Positions 1-10,749 of a DNA stretch of 64,000 nucleotides are shown here, piece after piece (positions within the stretch are counted from its first letter, which is position 1; each line of letters begins with the position of its first letter). The position numbers and the translations under genes are program-made. The stretch spans positions 1,024,001-1,088,000 of the forward strand of contig CAVTRC010000001.1 of NCBI GenBank assembly GCA_963737065.1, written 5' to 3'. The stretch is from Candidatus Eremiobacteria bacterium (GTDB taxonomy: Bacteria > Vulcanimicrobiota > Vulcanimicrobiia > Vulcanimicrobiales > Vulcanimicrobiaceae). The notes below the pieces were generated by a model that searched no databases, was not told where the DNA came from, and worked only from the letters and a program-made list of their open reading frames with translations.

Positions 1-1
1 G

Positions 2-1618
2 CGCGATGCAGGGATGATTTTCGTCGGACCCTCTGCAGAAGCGATGGCAGCGATGGGCAGCAAGATCGAGGCGAAGCGCCGCGTCCGCGAATTCGACGTG
101 CCGACGGTTCCCGGATACGACGGTGACGACCAGTCATCGGAACGCTTGCGCACGGAAGCGCAACGTATCGGATTTCCGGTACTCATCAAAGCGAGCGCGG
201 GCGGCGGCGGACGCGGCATGCGCGTCGTCGACGCGATCGCTCAGTTCGACGAAGCACTCGCAGCCGCGAAACGTGAAGCGCTCGCGGCTTTCGGGGACGA
301 TGCGGTGCTGCTAGAACGCTATTTGCGCGAACCGCGCCACATCGAGTTTCAAGTGCTCGCGGATTCGTTCGGAACGACGATACATCTCGGCGAGCGGGAA
401 TGCTCGATCCAGCGCCGCCATCAGAAGATCGTCGAGGAAGCGCCGTCGGTTGCGCTCTCTCCGCAGCTACGCGCGGAAATGGGCGCGGCGGCCGTGCGCG
501 CCGCACGATCCGTCGGATACGAGAACGCAGGCACGTGCGAGTTTATGCTCGATGGTGACGGCTCGTATTACTTCCTCGAGATGAACACGCGGCTGCAAGT
601 CGAGCATCCGGTCACGGAATTGGTGTACGGCGTCGATCTCGTACATTGGCAACTGCGAATCGCGAACGGCGAGCGCCTTACGCTCTCGCAAGAAGACGTC
701 CGCCCGCGCGGCTGGGCAATCGAAACGCGTATTTATGCTGAAGATCCGGCGAACCATATGCTTCCGTCGACGGGAACGATCACCGAATGGAAGCCGCCGG
801 AAGGGCCCGGTATCCGCGTCGATTCGGGCGTGCAAACGGGAAGCGACGTCAGCGTCTACTACGATCCGATGCTCGCAAAGCTTATCGTGTACGGAACGGA
901 ACGCGCACACGCAATCGCGCGGCTACAGCAAGCGCTCGAGCATTTCCGCATCGGCGGCGTTCGCGCGAACGTGCCGTTGCTGTCGTGGATCGCGCGCGAC
1001 GAGTGGTTTATCGAAGGACGCACGGCGACGAACTTCTTGGCCGAACGGCTGGATGAATCGATATTCTCGCGCAAGGAGGTCCCGCGCGACGCGGCCGTCG
1101 CCGTTGCAGCCACAATGCTTGCGAACGGCGACATTCCGTGGCGCATGGGCGGGGTCGGCATGCCGATTCGTCTGACGTCGGACGGCGCGACGTTCATCGC
1201 GGCAGCCGATGCAACGAACGATCCGAACGTTTTCCGGTTGAGTGGAGATTTCGACGGTGAGATCGACGTTCGCAAAGTTCAAGGAAACGTCGAGCGAAGC
1301 GCCCGCGAGTGGATCGCACATCTGGAGCACCGCGCGTATCGCTTCGAACGTATAGCGCCCCCCTCGGCGCACGGCGCCAGCGGTGTCGCCGGCGCAGCCG
1401 GCGCGGACGGCAGCGTGACCGCGCCGATGCCCGGCAAGATCGTAAAAATCGCCGTGCAGGAGGGCGACCGTGTCGCGGACCGCGCGCTCTTGCTCGTGCT
1501 CGAAGCGATGAAGATGGAACACCGCATCGAGTCCTCCCTCGATGCGACGGTTCGCGCGGTCCTCGTAAAAGAAGGCGATATCGTTCCGGGTGGCGCGCCG
1601 CTAATGGAACTCGCCTGA
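2..1618 (+). CDS. Biotin-dependent acyl-CoA carboxylase alpha subunit (biotin carboxylase + BCCP), probably 3-methylcrotonyl-CoA carboxylase; 5' end lies outside the window
   Basis: KASAGGGGRGMR, ERECSIQRRHQK, FLEMNTRLQVEHPVTE, YYDPMLAKL and C-terminal EAMKME biotinylation motif; frame is open to the window edge; next to HMG-CoA lyase. Confidence 0.93.
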   Translation, partial: RDAGMIFVGPSAEAMAAMGSKIEAKRRVREFDVPTVPGYDGDDQSSERLRTEAQRIGFPVLIKASAGGGGRGMRVVDAIAQFDEALAAAKREALAAFGDDAVLLERYLREPRHIEFQVLADSFGTTIHLGERECSIQRRHQKIVEEAPSVALSPQLRAEMGAAAVRAARSVGYENAGTCEFMLDGDGSYYFLEMNTRLQVEHPVTELVYGVDLVHWQLRIANGERLTLSQEDVRPRGWAIETRIYAEDPANHMLPSTGTITEWKPPEGPGIRVDSGVQTGSDVSVYYDPMLAKLIVYGTERAHAIARLQQALEHFRIGGVRANVPLLSWIARDEWFIEGRTATNFLAERLDESIFSRKEVPRDAAVAVAATMLANGDIPWRMGGVGMPIRLTSDGATFIAAADATNDPNVFRLSGDFDGEIDVRKVQGNVERSAREWIAHLEHRAYRFERIAPPSAHGASGVAGAAGADGSVTAPMPGKIVKIAVQEGDRVADRALLLVLEAMKMEHRIESSLDATVRAVLVKEGDIVPGGAPLMELA

Positions 1619-1642
1619 CTCGCGATGCGGTCATAAGAGCGT

Positions 1643-2575
1643 ATGGCACTGCCGAAATTCGTCAAACTCGTCGAGATGGGACCGCGCGACGGCCTTCAAA
1701 ACGAACACGCCGTGATCTCGACCGACGACAAGGTGCGCTACATCGATCTTCTTTCCGAGACCGGCTTGCAGTGGATTGAAGCGACATCGTTCGTCAGTCC
1801 CAAGGCTATTCCGCAGCTCGCGGATGCGAGCGATGTTTTTTCGCGGATTCGCAAAGCACACGGCGTGCGCTATCCGGTGCTCGTGCCGAACATGAAGGGC
1901 TACGAGCGCGCGAAAGCTGCGGGCGTCGATGCAGTTGCCGTCTTCACCGCAGCGTCGGAGACGTTCACGAAGCGCAATATTAACATGACGATCGACGAGT
2001 CGCTCGAAACGTTTCGCGACGTCGTGCGGGCTGCGAGAAACGACGGCATGTGCGTGCGCGGCTACGTCTCAACGGCATTCGGTTCACCGTTCGGCGACCA
2101 CGTAACGCCCGCTATGGTCGTTGACGTAAGCGTGAAGCTGATGGAAATGGGCTGCGACGAGTTGTCGATAGGCGATACGATTGGTATCGGCGTGCCGAGC
2201 CAGCTCGACGACTTGATTCCCGCGCTTGCGAAGAAAATTTCGCTCGATCAGATAGCATTCCATTTTCATGACACGCGCGGTACTGCGCTCGCGAATATCT
2301 ATGCCTCGCTGCAGCACGGCGTTCATATCTTCGATAGTTCGGCCGGCGGCCTCGGCGGATGTCCGTACGCACCGGGCGCAACGGGAAACGTGGGAACGGA
2401 GGACGTCATCTACTTCCTGCACTCGATGAAGGTCGACACCGGTGTGGACCTGGGCAAAGTACGAGCCGCATCACGCTTCATCCGCGGCGTTCTCGATCAC
2501 GATCTAACGAGCAAAGCGTTCCAAGCGTTCGAGGCAGCCGATGCGCGCCTGGCCGCGACAACGACCGCTCCGTGA
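1643..2575 (+). CDS. Hydroxymethylglutaryl-CoA lyase
   Basis: EMGPRDGLQNE, SFVSPKAIPQLAD, HFHDTRG, GGLGGCPYAPGATGNVGTED. Confidence 0.95.
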   Translation: MALPKFVKLVEMGPRDGLQNEHAVISTDDKVRYIDLLSETGLQWIEATSFVSPKAIPQLADASDVFSRIRKAHGVRYPVLVPNMKGYERAKAAGVDAVAVFTAASETFTKRNINMTIDESLETFRDVVRAARNDGMCVRGYVSTAFGSPFGDHVTPAMVVDVSVKLMEMGCDELSIGDTIGIGVPSQLDDLIPALAKKISLDQIAFHFHDTRGTALANIYASLQHGVHIFDSSAGGLGGCPYAPGATGNVGTEDVIYFLHSMKVDTGVDLGKVRAASRFIRGVLDHDLTSKAFQAFEAADARLAATTTAP

Positions 2576-3732
2576 TCCTTCGCGCCGGCATACTCTACGA
2601 CGGCACTCTGGACGAGCCGCGCCGCAACGTCGATGTCGAGATCGATGAGGGACGCGTCGTCGACGTTCGCAGCGCAGGGGATGGAACGGCGTACGACCGT
2701 TCCGCGCCGTGCGTTACGCCGGGTTTGGTGAACGCGCACGTTCATCTCGAAATGAGTGGTGAGCCCAATACGATGGCCGCAATCGCGTCGATGACGCAAA
2801 ACCAGCGGGTGTTGCACGCTGTCGAAAATGTGGCGAAAACGTTGCGCTCGGGCGTGACGACGGTGCGCGACGTTGGTTCAAGCTACGGAATTGCTGCCGA
2901 TATTCGCGACGCCATCCAGGCGGACCGCATTCCCGGGCCACGGATGCGCGTTTCCGGGTACGTGTTGTGCATGACCGGCGGACACGGGTATTTCGTCGGC
3001 CGCGAAATCGATGGGCCATGGGATGCCCGCAAAGCCGTTCGCGAACAGATGAAGGGCGGCGCCGATTGCATCAAGATGATCGCGACCGGCGGTGTGTTGA
3101 CCAAAGGCGCCGTCCCGGGAATCGCACAATTAATGCCGGAAGAACTCGCCGCCGGAATCGACGAAGCGCATCGCCACGGACTGCGCGTCGCGTCGCACGC
3201 GATCGGAACCGAAGGGATTAAGAACGCACTGCGCGCCGGAATCGATTCGATCGAACATGGGCACTTACTCGACGATGAGGCGATCGAACTCTTCAAAGCA
3301 AACGGCGCCTACCTCGTGCCGACGTTGACTGCACCGACATGTATCCTGGAACAAGCGCATCGCGGTGCGCAGCCGGAGTTCGTCGTACGCAAAGCGCAAG
3401 CGCTGGCAGACGCAATGGCGTCCAACGTTCGCCGCGCATACGAGGCGGGCGTCAAAGTGGCCGGCGGTTCCGACGCGGGCACACCGTACAACTACCACGA
3501 TAGATATGCGTACGAAGTCGAGTTGATGCACGAAATGCTCGGGATGACGCCGCAGGCTGCGCTGCATGCCGCAACCGCCGTCGCAGCTGAGTTGATCGGC
3601 CTACATCGCGGCATCGTAGCGGCCGGCGAACCTGCGGATATTCTGTTATTAAACGACGACGCCGGTTCGAACATCCGCGCGCTCCGCGAACCAGCTGCCG
3701 TTATGAAAGCCGGCGTATTCGTGAGTGCATGA
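2572..3732 (+). CDS. Metal-dependent amidohydrolase (Xaa-Pro dipeptidase-like subfamily)
   Basis: PGLVNAHVHL, GVTTVRDVG, IKMIATGG, HAIG, SIEHG, GSDAG; GTG start overlaps the upstream TGA. Confidence 0.9.
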   Translation: MILRAGILYDGTLDEPRRNVDVEIDEGRVVDVRSAGDGTAYDRSAPCVTPGLVNAHVHLEMSGEPNTMAAIASMTQNQRVLHAVENVAKTLRSGVTTVRDVGSSYGIAADIRDAIQADRIPGPRMRVSGYVLCMTGGHGYFVGREIDGPWDARKAVREQMKGGADCIKMIATGGVLTKGAVPGIAQLMPEELAAGIDEAHRHGLRVASHAIGTEGIKNALRAGIDSIEHGHLLDDEAIELFKANGAYLVPTLTAPTCILEQAHRGAQPEFVVRKAQALADAMASNVRRAYEAGVKVAGGSDAGTPYNYHDRYAYEVELMHEMLGMTPQAALHAATAVAAELIGLHRGIVAAGEPADILLLNDDAGSNIRALREPAAVMKAGVFVSA

Positions 3733-4889
3733 GCGCGGTGACCGATCTCACCGGGCTCAACCTCGCGGTCCTCGCGCCGATTTCGTGGCCGGCGCCGCCT
3801 CCCGGGTATGGGCCGTGGGAGCAAATCGCATTCAATATCGCCGACGGCATGCGAAAACGCGGGGCCAACGTTACGCTCTTCGCGCCCGGTAATTCGCGGT
3901 TCAAAGGCCATGTCGCTTCGGTGATTCCGGTCGGTGTGAATCAAGATCCGGCGCTCAACGCCGACGTGTTTACCGCCCTCCATATCGGTGAACTGATGCG
4001 CCGCGCGCACGAATTCGATCTTATTCACAATAACTTCGACTGGAAGCCGATGACGTACGCGCTTGGATCGAAATCGCCGCCGATATTGACGACGATCCAT
4101 GGATTCTCATCGCCGCAGATTCTGGCGGCGTATTACGCATGCGCCTGGCGCAGTTTTTTCTGTTCGATCAGCAATGCCGATCGCGATCCGGGGCTCTCGT
4201 ATCTCGCCACGACATACAACGGGATCGATCCGTCCGAATTTACGTTCAATCCGAACCCCGGAAACTATCTCGTTTTTCTGGGCCGTTTCCATCCCGAAAA
4301 AGGGACGCATCTGGCGATCGAGATCGCAAAGCGCGCCGGCGTGCGTTTGAAGATTGCCGCGATACACCAAGATGAGGCGTACTATCGCGAACGCGTCGAG
4401 CCGCACATCGACGGCGACCAGATTCAGTATCTCGGCGCCGTCGAACGCGACGCGCGCAATGACCTCTTGAGCAACGCGCTCGCGCTGGTACACATGACGA
4501 CGCGCCCGGAGCGCTTTGGTCTAACGATGATCGAAGCAATGTCGTGCGGCACGCCGGTCCTCGGCGCTAATATGGGTTCCGTACCGGAGATCGTCGTCGA
4601 CGGCGTTACCGGCTATCTCTGCGACAATGTCGTTGAAGCGGTCAAACGGGTTCCGCAACTGTCCGGGTTGGATCGGGAAGCGTGCCGCCGTCGCGTCGAA
4701 ACCACCTTCACCGTCGAGAAGATGATCGACCGTTACGTGAATGCGTATGAAGCCGCGTTGGAACAACGGCTTCCGGTCGAGCCCACGGAAGAACAGTTTC
4801 GCTGGCGCAGTCGCGACTGGTGGGACCGTCCGATGGCGTACACCGATATTCCGGAAAAACCGCGCAGTCTCGTTTTTGATCGCGCGTGA
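3729..4889 (+). CDS. Glycosyltransferase family 4
   Basis: PPPGYGPWE, TTIHG, FLGRFHPEKG, ERFGLTMIEAMSCGTPV. Confidence 0.92.
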   Translation: MSAVTDLTGLNLAVLAPISWPAPPPGYGPWEQIAFNIADGMRKRGANVTLFAPGNSRFKGHVASVIPVGVNQDPALNADVFTALHIGELMRRAHEFDLIHNNFDWKPMTYALGSKSPPILTTIHGFSSPQILAAYYACAWRSFFCSISNADRDPGLSYLATTYNGIDPSEFTFNPNPGNYLVFLGRFHPEKGTHLAIEIAKRAGVRLKIAAIHQDEAYYRERVEPHIDGDQIQYLGAVERDARNDLLSNALALVHMTTRPERFGLTMIEAMSCGTPVLGANMGSVPEIVVDGVTGYLCDNVVEAVKRVPQLSGLDREACRRRVETTFTVEKMIDRYVNAYEAALEQRLPVEPTEEQFRWRSRDWWDRPMAYTDIPEKPRSLVFDRA

Positions 4890-4933
4890 GCCGGCCACCA
4901 GCCCGCAACCATTAGCCTGAGCTACACGATGGG

Positions 4934-5134
4934 CTACGTGGTCTTCTCGTCTCCCTGACTCGCGGTCCGTGCCACTCCTCGAACGTTATCCGAATCGTCT
5001 GCGCACGCCGCATGACCGCATTGACAATGCGCATTGTCGTTTGACGCCTTGCACTGCTCGCTGCAATACTGGCCTTGAGTGCCGACCTGGCATTTGCAGC
5101 CGTCGCCACGGCAGTTGTTTGTTGAGCCTTCCAT
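4934..5134 (-). CDS. Bacterial metallothionein-like protein (SmtA/BmtA-like), 66 aa
   Basis: 8 Cys and 2 His: C-x4-C-x-C, YCSEQC and CQCGHAAC, resembling the YCSEAC and CGHTGC motifs of SmtA; fills the gap between two real genes. Confidence 0.75.
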   Translation of the reverse strand: MEGSTNNCRGDGCKCQVGTQGQYCSEQCKASNDNAHCQCGHAACADDSDNVRGVARTASQGDEKTT

Positions 5135-5197
5135 CGCTCAAAGCTACCCTGTCCGTCACACTTTATAACGTTCGGCAAGCGTGTGCCGTTTGCGACG

Positions 5198-6328
5198 TCA
5201 TTCCCAATACAGCAACGCATGCGCAGCGTGCGCGCGTGCAATGGTGCGCTCGTCGATCGGTCCGTCGACGAGCATCGTGAAATGTCCCATCTTACGGCGC
5301 GCAACCGCGTGGCGCTTTCCGTAGACGTGCAACACGATGGACGGATCGCGCAGTAGCTCGTCGACGCCGTGCAACTGATCGCCCGTGCCCGCGCCGAGAA
5401 CGTTCATCATGATCGCGTTCGAGAACAGGCGCGGCTCCGAAAGCGGCAAATTACAGATCGCGCGTACGTGCTGCTCGTATTGACTGCACTGCGTTACGTC
5501 GATCGTATAGTGCCCGCTGTTGTGCGGACGCGGCGCAATCTCGTTGACGAGCAGTTCGTCGGCGCCGGTCACAAAAAGCTCGACGCAGTAGGTGCCGACG
5601 ATGTCAAGACGCTTCCCGATCGTGGTCGCGATCTCCGCAGCAGTGCGGGCAACGGCGTCGGTAACTCGTGCGCGAACCATCGTTGTGGCAAGGATTCCGG
5701 CATCGTGCACGTTCTCGCCGGGAAAATACGTAACGACTTCATCGCGCGCGTTGCGGGTCGCGACGACGCTAAGCTCGCGGACGAACGGAACGAACCGTTC
5801 CCAAATCAACGGCGCACCGTTTGCGGCCGCAAAACCTTCTTGCGCTTCCTCGATGGACCGCACGCGCCATTGGCCTTTGCCGTCGTAACCGCCGCGCGTC
5901 GTCTTCAAAATCGCGGGAAAACCGATCTCCGCCGCTGCACGCGCGACGTCGCCGGACGTCGAAACTTCTGCAAAATCAGCTGTTGCGATGCCACAGCTGC
6001 GGACGAAGCGTTTTTCAAGCAGACGATCCTGCGTGATGCGAAGCACTTCGCTTGACGGGGTCACGCGGTAGGCGTGCTGCTCCAGATATTGCACCGATTC
6101 GATTGCGATATTTTCGAATTCGTACGTGACGATATCGGTCATCTTCCCCAGACGTTCGATGGCGGAAAGATCGTCGTACGAAGCGACGATCTGCTCGTCG
6201 GCGACTTGCCCGCACGGCGAATGCTCTTGCGGATCGAGCGTGACGACGTGATAGCCCATGCGTTTCGCGTCGAGGGCGAACATGCGGCCGAGTTGACCGC
6301 CGCCGATGACGCCGATCGACGAAATCAC
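5198..6328 (-). CDS. purK: N5-carboxyaminoimidazole ribonucleotide synthase
   Basis: [43 protein letters not shown]. Confidence 0.97.
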   Translation of the reverse strand: MISSIGVIGGGQLGRMFALDAKRMGYHVVTLDPQEHSPCGQVADEQIVASYDDLSAIERLGKMTDIVTYEFENIAIESVQYLEQHAYRVTPSSEVLRITQDRLLEKRFVRSCGIATADFAEVSTSGDVARAAAEIGFPAILKTTRGGYDGKGQWRVRSIEEAQEGFAAANGAPLIWERFVPFVRELSVVATRNARDEVVTYFPGENVHDAGILATTMVRARVTDAVARTAAEIATTIGKRLDIVGTYCVELFVTGADELLVNEIAPRPHNSGHYTIDVTQCSQYEQHVRAICNLPLSEPRLFSNAIMMNVLGAGTGDQLHGVDELLRDPSIVLHVYGKRHAVARRKMGHFTMLVDGPIDERTIARAHAAHALLYWE

Positions 6329-6813
6329 GGCGTACTCTGCGCAGCAGCATCGTGCATCCGCGAAACGTAACCGGCGAGGCGCTGCGCGATACCGCCGTCC
6401 TGCAGCGCGAGAATGCGCGCCGCAAACAATGCGGCATTTGCGGCGCCGTCGATCGCCATCGTTGCAACGGGGACGCCGGGCGGCATCTGCGCGACCGAGA
6501 GCAACGAATCCATCCCGTTCAACGCACGCGTCTTGACCGGCACGCCGATCACCGGCACGAGCGTCTTAGCAGCGGTCATTCCCGGAAGATGCGCGGCGCC
6601 GCCGGCGCCCGCGATGATGACCGCGATTCCGCGCTCGCGTGCCGTTGCGGCGTACTCGAACATTTCATCGGGCATGCGGTGCGCCGATACGACGCGCACT
6701 TCGCAGGGTATGTCTAATTCAGCGAGCGTTTCACTCGCGGCGGACATCGTTTCCCAATCGGAACGGCTGCCCATAATTATACCGATCCGTGGATTGCCGG
6801 TCGCTTGCGTCAT
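6325..6813 (-). CDS. purE: N5-carboxyaminoimidazole ribonucleotide mutase
   Basis: [42 protein letters not shown]; start taken at ATG 6813. Confidence 0.97.
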   Translation of the reverse strand: MTQATGNPRIGIIMGSRSDWETMSAASETLAELDIPCEVRVVSAHRMPDEMFEYAATARERGIAVIIAGAGGAAHLPGMTAAKTLVPVIGVPVKTRALNGMDSLLSVAQMPPGVPVATMAIDGAANAALFAARILALQDGGIAQRLAGYVSRMHDAAAQSTP

Positions 6814-6854
6814 CGTGCAGGCGCTTCTCGCCGGAACGGAGGACAACCTACGAC

Positions 6855-8078
6855 ATGCCGGTCTTTCAGCTTGGTGTCAACTACTGGCCACGACGCAGTG
6901 CGATGTACATGTGGCAGCGCTTTGACATTGGTGAGATTAGCGAAGATCTTGCGCGGATAAAGTCGCTCGGTCTGCATGTCGTTCGCTTCTTTTTGATGTG
7001 GGACGCATTTCAGCCGGCGCCGGACCGCATGGACGAAAAGGTGCTGCGCTGCTTCGACGCGGTGATGCAAGCCATCGCCGATGCCGGCTTGCACGCGATT
7101 CCGACCCTCTACACCGGACACATGAGCGGCGTGAACTGGCTGCCGCACTGGTCGCTCGATCCGGACACGCCGCACGGGCGTTTCCGCACGATTGCGAGCG
7201 GTGAAACGTCCCCGTACGGCATCGGCGATTTCTACGCCGATCCGGAATTGCTCGACGCGCAGGCGTTCTTCGCACAACGCGTCGGCGAACGCGTCCGCGA
7301 ACATCCGGCGTTGCTCGTCTGGGATCTCGGCAATGAATTTTCGAATCTTCGCGAGCCAAACACGCCAACGGATGCCGCAGCGTGGAGTGCGCGCCTCACC
7401 GATGTGCTGCTACACGCGTCCGGACGCGGCGTAACGGGCGGAACGCACGGTGAAGACGTAGAGCGAGACCGCCACTTGCGCCCCTCGTCGCTTGCATCGC
7501 CGTGGGAAATTGCGACGATGCATGGCTATTCAGTCTACGCGACCTTCTCGCGCGGCCGATTAGATTCGAACGTGGTTCCGTTTTATGCACGCCTAATCGA
7601 GTCGTTCACCGGCAAACCCCTCCTCTTCAGCGAATTCGGCAATCCGACATGTCCACCGGGAACCGTCTCGCCATACGATCGCGAACCGTTGCCGGGCGAA
7701 CCGAAACCATCGCATGAAAGTCTGCCGCCCAACGCCGCAGCATACGCGTGCCTCACGGAAGACGAAATGGCGACGTACTGCGAACAGGTCGTCGAGAAGC
7801 TTCACGAGCAAGGCGCAATCGGGGCCCTATGGTGGTGCTGGGCCGATTACGATTCGTCGCTGGCTGATCTTCCGCCGTTCGACCGCGCGAAACACGAGCT
7901 GCACTTCGGGATGATTCGAAACGACGGTTCATACAAACCCGTCGCGACAAAACTTGCCGATATTGCGAAACGTGCGTGGCACGCCGAACCGCAACAAGCG
8001 CCGATTGCGAATGAAACGGAATTCTATGCCTCGCTTCCCGGCAGCATCAATGCGCTCTATCATCATTACCGGGGCTAG
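6855..8078 (+). CDS. Clan GH-A glycoside hydrolase (GH5-like)
   Basis: GVNYWP, VRFFLMW, WDLGNE (acid/base), MHGY, SEFG (nucleophile), WWCW; GGAGG upstream of ATG 6855. Confidence 0.85.
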   Translation: MPVFQLGVNYWPRRSAMYMWQRFDIGEISEDLARIKSLGLHVVRFFLMWDAFQPAPDRMDEKVLRCFDAVMQAIADAGLHAIPTLYTGHMSGVNWLPHWSLDPDTPHGRFRTIASGETSPYGIGDFYADPELLDAQAFFAQRVGERVREHPALLVWDLGNEFSNLREPNTPTDAAAWSARLTDVLLHASGRGVTGGTHGEDVERDRHLRPSSLASPWEIATMHGYSVYATFSRGRLDSNVVPFYARLIESFTGKPLLFSEFGNPTCPPGTVSPYDREPLPGEPKPSHESLPPNAAAYACLTEDEMATYCEQVVEKLHEQGAIGALWWCWADYDSSLADLPPFDRAKHELHFGMIRNDGSYKPVATKLADIAKRAWHAEPQQAPIANETEFYASLPGSINALYHHYRG

Positions 8079-9126
8079 TTCCGGTATCGGCGCGGCACTC
8101 GCGCGCTTGTGTCTCGACCGCGGGTGGAACGTTCTCGCGGTCGCGCGCCGCGCGGAGCGGCTCGGTTCGCTCGCGCCGAACGCGCATTGCGCGGTGCTGC
8201 CGCTTGATGTTACGGCAAGCGGTGCCGCGTCGCGCATCGTCAGCGAAGCGATGCAGCGGTTCTCTCGCATCGACGTCGTCGTTAATAATGCCGGCGTTGG
8301 TCATCCGGGTACGCTGCTCGAGCAGACCGACGCGGAGATCGAGGCGCAATGGCAACTGAACGTTGCAGCACCGCTGCGCATTGCACGCGCGGCATTACCG
8401 CATGTGCGCGCGCAGCGCGGCGGATTCGTATTTGTGGGTTCCGGCCTCGCGCGTGTGCCGGCGCCGGGCTACGGCGCGTACGCTTCGGCGAAAGCGGCGA
8501 TTCGTGCGGCGAGCATGCAGTTACGACGCGAGTTGCGCGCGCACGACGTGTTCGTCACATACGTCGATCCCGGCGTGGTCGACACAGAGTTCTCGCTCGC
8601 GTCCGGAATGAAACCGCAGCCGGCATGGTGGCACGCAGCACCGGAATCGGTTGCCGCGGCGATGCTTCGCGGCATCGAGCGCCGCGCGCCCCGCGTAAAC
8701 GGCGTCTGGTGGCAAACGGCCGGCACGGTTGCCGGCGAATGGTTTCCCGCGCTTGCGGACGCAGCCATGACGCAAATCGTGACGCCACCCGCCACCGCTT
8801 CGCTGACCGCGGTTACGGAGAAACCTTCCGCAGCGCAGCCGCAAGAGCCGGACCGCGCAACGACGTCGAACGAATTCGATGCGGCGCTCGAACCGGTGCG
8901 CCGCAGAATGGAGCGAGTGAAACTTCCGGAATCATTCGTACGTTCGCTGCTCGTAACCGGCGAGACGATCGACTTGAATGACGCCGCCATGCGCTGGGCC
9001 GGAATGCCGAACAAAAACGAACGGGCGGCGTTGCACGAAGTGCTGCATGCACTTGCCGGCGCCGGCTATTTGGAAATGGAGTCTGACGATCGATGGAGAG
9101 TCTTGCGCGAACCGCAGCCGGTCTAA
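8050..9126 (+). CDS. SDR family oxidoreductase with an extra C-terminal domain
   Basis: [23 protein letters not shown]; about 100 aa extension after a Pro/Ala/Thr linker. Confidence 0.88.
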   Translation: MRSIIITGASSGIGAALARLCLDRGWNVLAVARRAERLGSLAPNAHCAVLPLDVTASGAASRIVSEAMQRFSRIDVVVNNAGVGHPGTLLEQTDAEIEAQWQLNVAAPLRIARAALPHVRAQRGGFVFVGSGLARVPAPGYGAYASAKAAIRAASMQLRRELRAHDVFVTYVDPGVVDTEFSLASGMKPQPAWWHAAPESVAAAMLRGIERRAPRVNGVWWQTAGTVAGEWFPALADAAMTQIVTPPATASLTAVTEKPSAAQPQEPDRATTSNEFDAALEPVRRRMERVKLPESFVRSLLVTGETIDLNDAAMRWAGMPNKNERAALHEVLHALAGAGYLEMESDDRWRVLREPQPV

Positions 9127-9935
9127 TCGTCGCCGCCACGGCGGCGGCGATACCGTTAAACGGCACGTTCGCATTACTGGGAGGCACGCAACACGTTACC
9201 GCGCACGCAACCGTGTCGCATCCGCATCCCAACGACTTCACGGTGGACATCGTTCAATCGACGAGCGAGGGTAGCCCGCCGATTCGCTCCTACACGCTCG
9301 ACATGACGAAGTTCATGCATGTCGTTGCCATCAGCGACGACTTCCGTCAATTCATGCACACGCATCCGACGTTCGATCCCAAGACGGGTGACTTCCATTT
9401 GACAATGTCGCTCGATCCGGCACACGCGTACAACGTATACGCCGATTCGGAGCCGAAAGGCATGGGCGAGCAAGTCTTCCGTTTCACGATTCCCTCCAGC
9501 ACTAACCCGTCGGCTACGACGCAGCCGCTTCCGCCGAGCACGCCGTCACCGGATACGATCGACGCAGGCTCGTACGCCGTCACGCTCGCAAAGACGACGC
9601 TACCCGCACAATCCGCACAGTCGATTGCGCTCGACATTACGAAGAACCGATCTGCAGCAAACGATCTGCAGCCGTACCTCGGCGCCGCGGGTCATGCCGT
9701 GTTCGTCGACACGGCGACGCTCGCGTACGTTCACGTACATCCGATGGTACGCGGTGCGGACGGCTCGATGAACATGCGCGGCATGGATATGAACCAACCG
9801 CCGAGCGGTCCGGCGGCCGGACCACATCTTATGCTTCAGGTGCCCGGGCTGCCGGTCGGAACGTATAAGCTCTGGTTCCAATTCCGAGCCGGCGGATCGT
9901 TGTACGTCGCGCCGTTTACGCTCGCCGTGCGCTAG
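9093..9935 (+). CDS. Secreted His/Met-rich putative heavy-metal-binding protein
   Basis: Signal-peptide-like N-terminus; two similar halves with MHVV..FMHTHP and GHAV..YVHVHP; Met-rich loop; YKLWFQF. Confidence 0.7.
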   Translation: MESLARTAAGLIVAATAAAIPLNGTFALLGGTQHVTAHATVSHPHPNDFTVDIVQSTSEGSPPIRSYTLDMTKFMHVVAISDDFRQFMHTHPTFDPKTGDFHLTMSLDPAHAYNVYADSEPKGMGEQVFRFTIPSSTNPSATTQPLPPSTPSPDTIDAGSYAVTLAKTTLPAQSAQSIALDITKNRSAANDLQPYLGAAGHAVFVDTATLAYVHVHPMVRGADGSMNMRGMDMNQPPSGPAAGPHLMLQVPGLPVGTYKLWFQFRAGGSLYVAPFTLAVR

Positions 9936-10746
9936 CCGAACGCGCTTGTTTGAACGCAACGGCGAGAAAGAAGAGCACCGTCGCAACGAGCACGATCGTC
10001 GCGCCGCTCGAACTTTTCAAGAAGTACGAGAGATACAGTCCGCCGACGGTGCTCAGCACGCCGAGCAGCGCGGAGAGCAGCATCATCGGTGCGAAGCGCG
10101 ACGTCATCTGATACGCCGCCGCAGCCGGGGTGACGAGTAACGCCGCGACGAGCACGATACCGACCGCCTGCAACGCGACGACGATCGTAAGCGCGAGCAT
10201 CACGAGCAGCACGTACTCAATCGCCGGGGAATGCATACCGCTTGCATCGGCTACGACCGGGTCGAACGTCGTATAGAGCAACGGCCGAAAGAGCACGATC
10301 GTCGCAACGGCGACCGCGATACCGAGTGCAAGAATGAGCAGCAGATCCGCGATACCGACGCCCAAGATATCGCCGAATAAAAAACTCTGCAGGTCGACGG
10401 CGTAGTTCTTCTGCTGACTCATCAAGAATACGCCAAGCGCAAATGCGCCGGTGAAAAGCACGCCGATCGTCGTATCGAGCGAGATGCGCCCGCGCCGATG
10501 AACGAACCCGATGCCGAGCGCGGTCACGACCGCAACGACCGCCGCTCCAATGTAGTACTCCAGCCCGCGCAAATACGCGATCACGATGCCGGCGAACGAG
10601 GCGTGCGCGATCCCGTCACCGATAAACGACAGTTTGCGAAGCACCACGTACGTCCCCATGACGGAACACAGCAATCCGACCGCGATCGCTTCGATGAACG
10701 CCCGCTGCATGAACTCGAATTGAAACGGTGCGAGAACGGCGTCCAT
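9916..10746 (-). CDS. Zn/Mn ABC transporter permease (ZnuB/MntB family)
   Basis: FMQRAF, SFIGDGIAHASFAG, FLFGDIL, VGIVLVAALLVTPAA, SSGATIV. Confidence 0.95.
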   Translation of the reverse strand: MDAVLAPFQFEFMQRAFIEAIAVGLLCSVMGTYVVLRKLSFIGDGIAHASFAGIVIAYLRGLEYYIGAAVVAVVTALGIGFVHRRGRISLDTTIGVLFTGAFALGVFLMSQQKNYAVDLQSFLFGDILGVGIADLLLILALGIAVAVATIVLFRPLLYTTFDPVVADASGMHSPAIEYVLLVMLALTIVVALQAVGIVLVAALLVTPAAAAYQMTSRFAPMMLLSALLGVLSTVGGLYLSYFLKSSSGATIVLVATVLFFLAVAFKQARSASARRA

Positions 10747-10749
10747 GCG

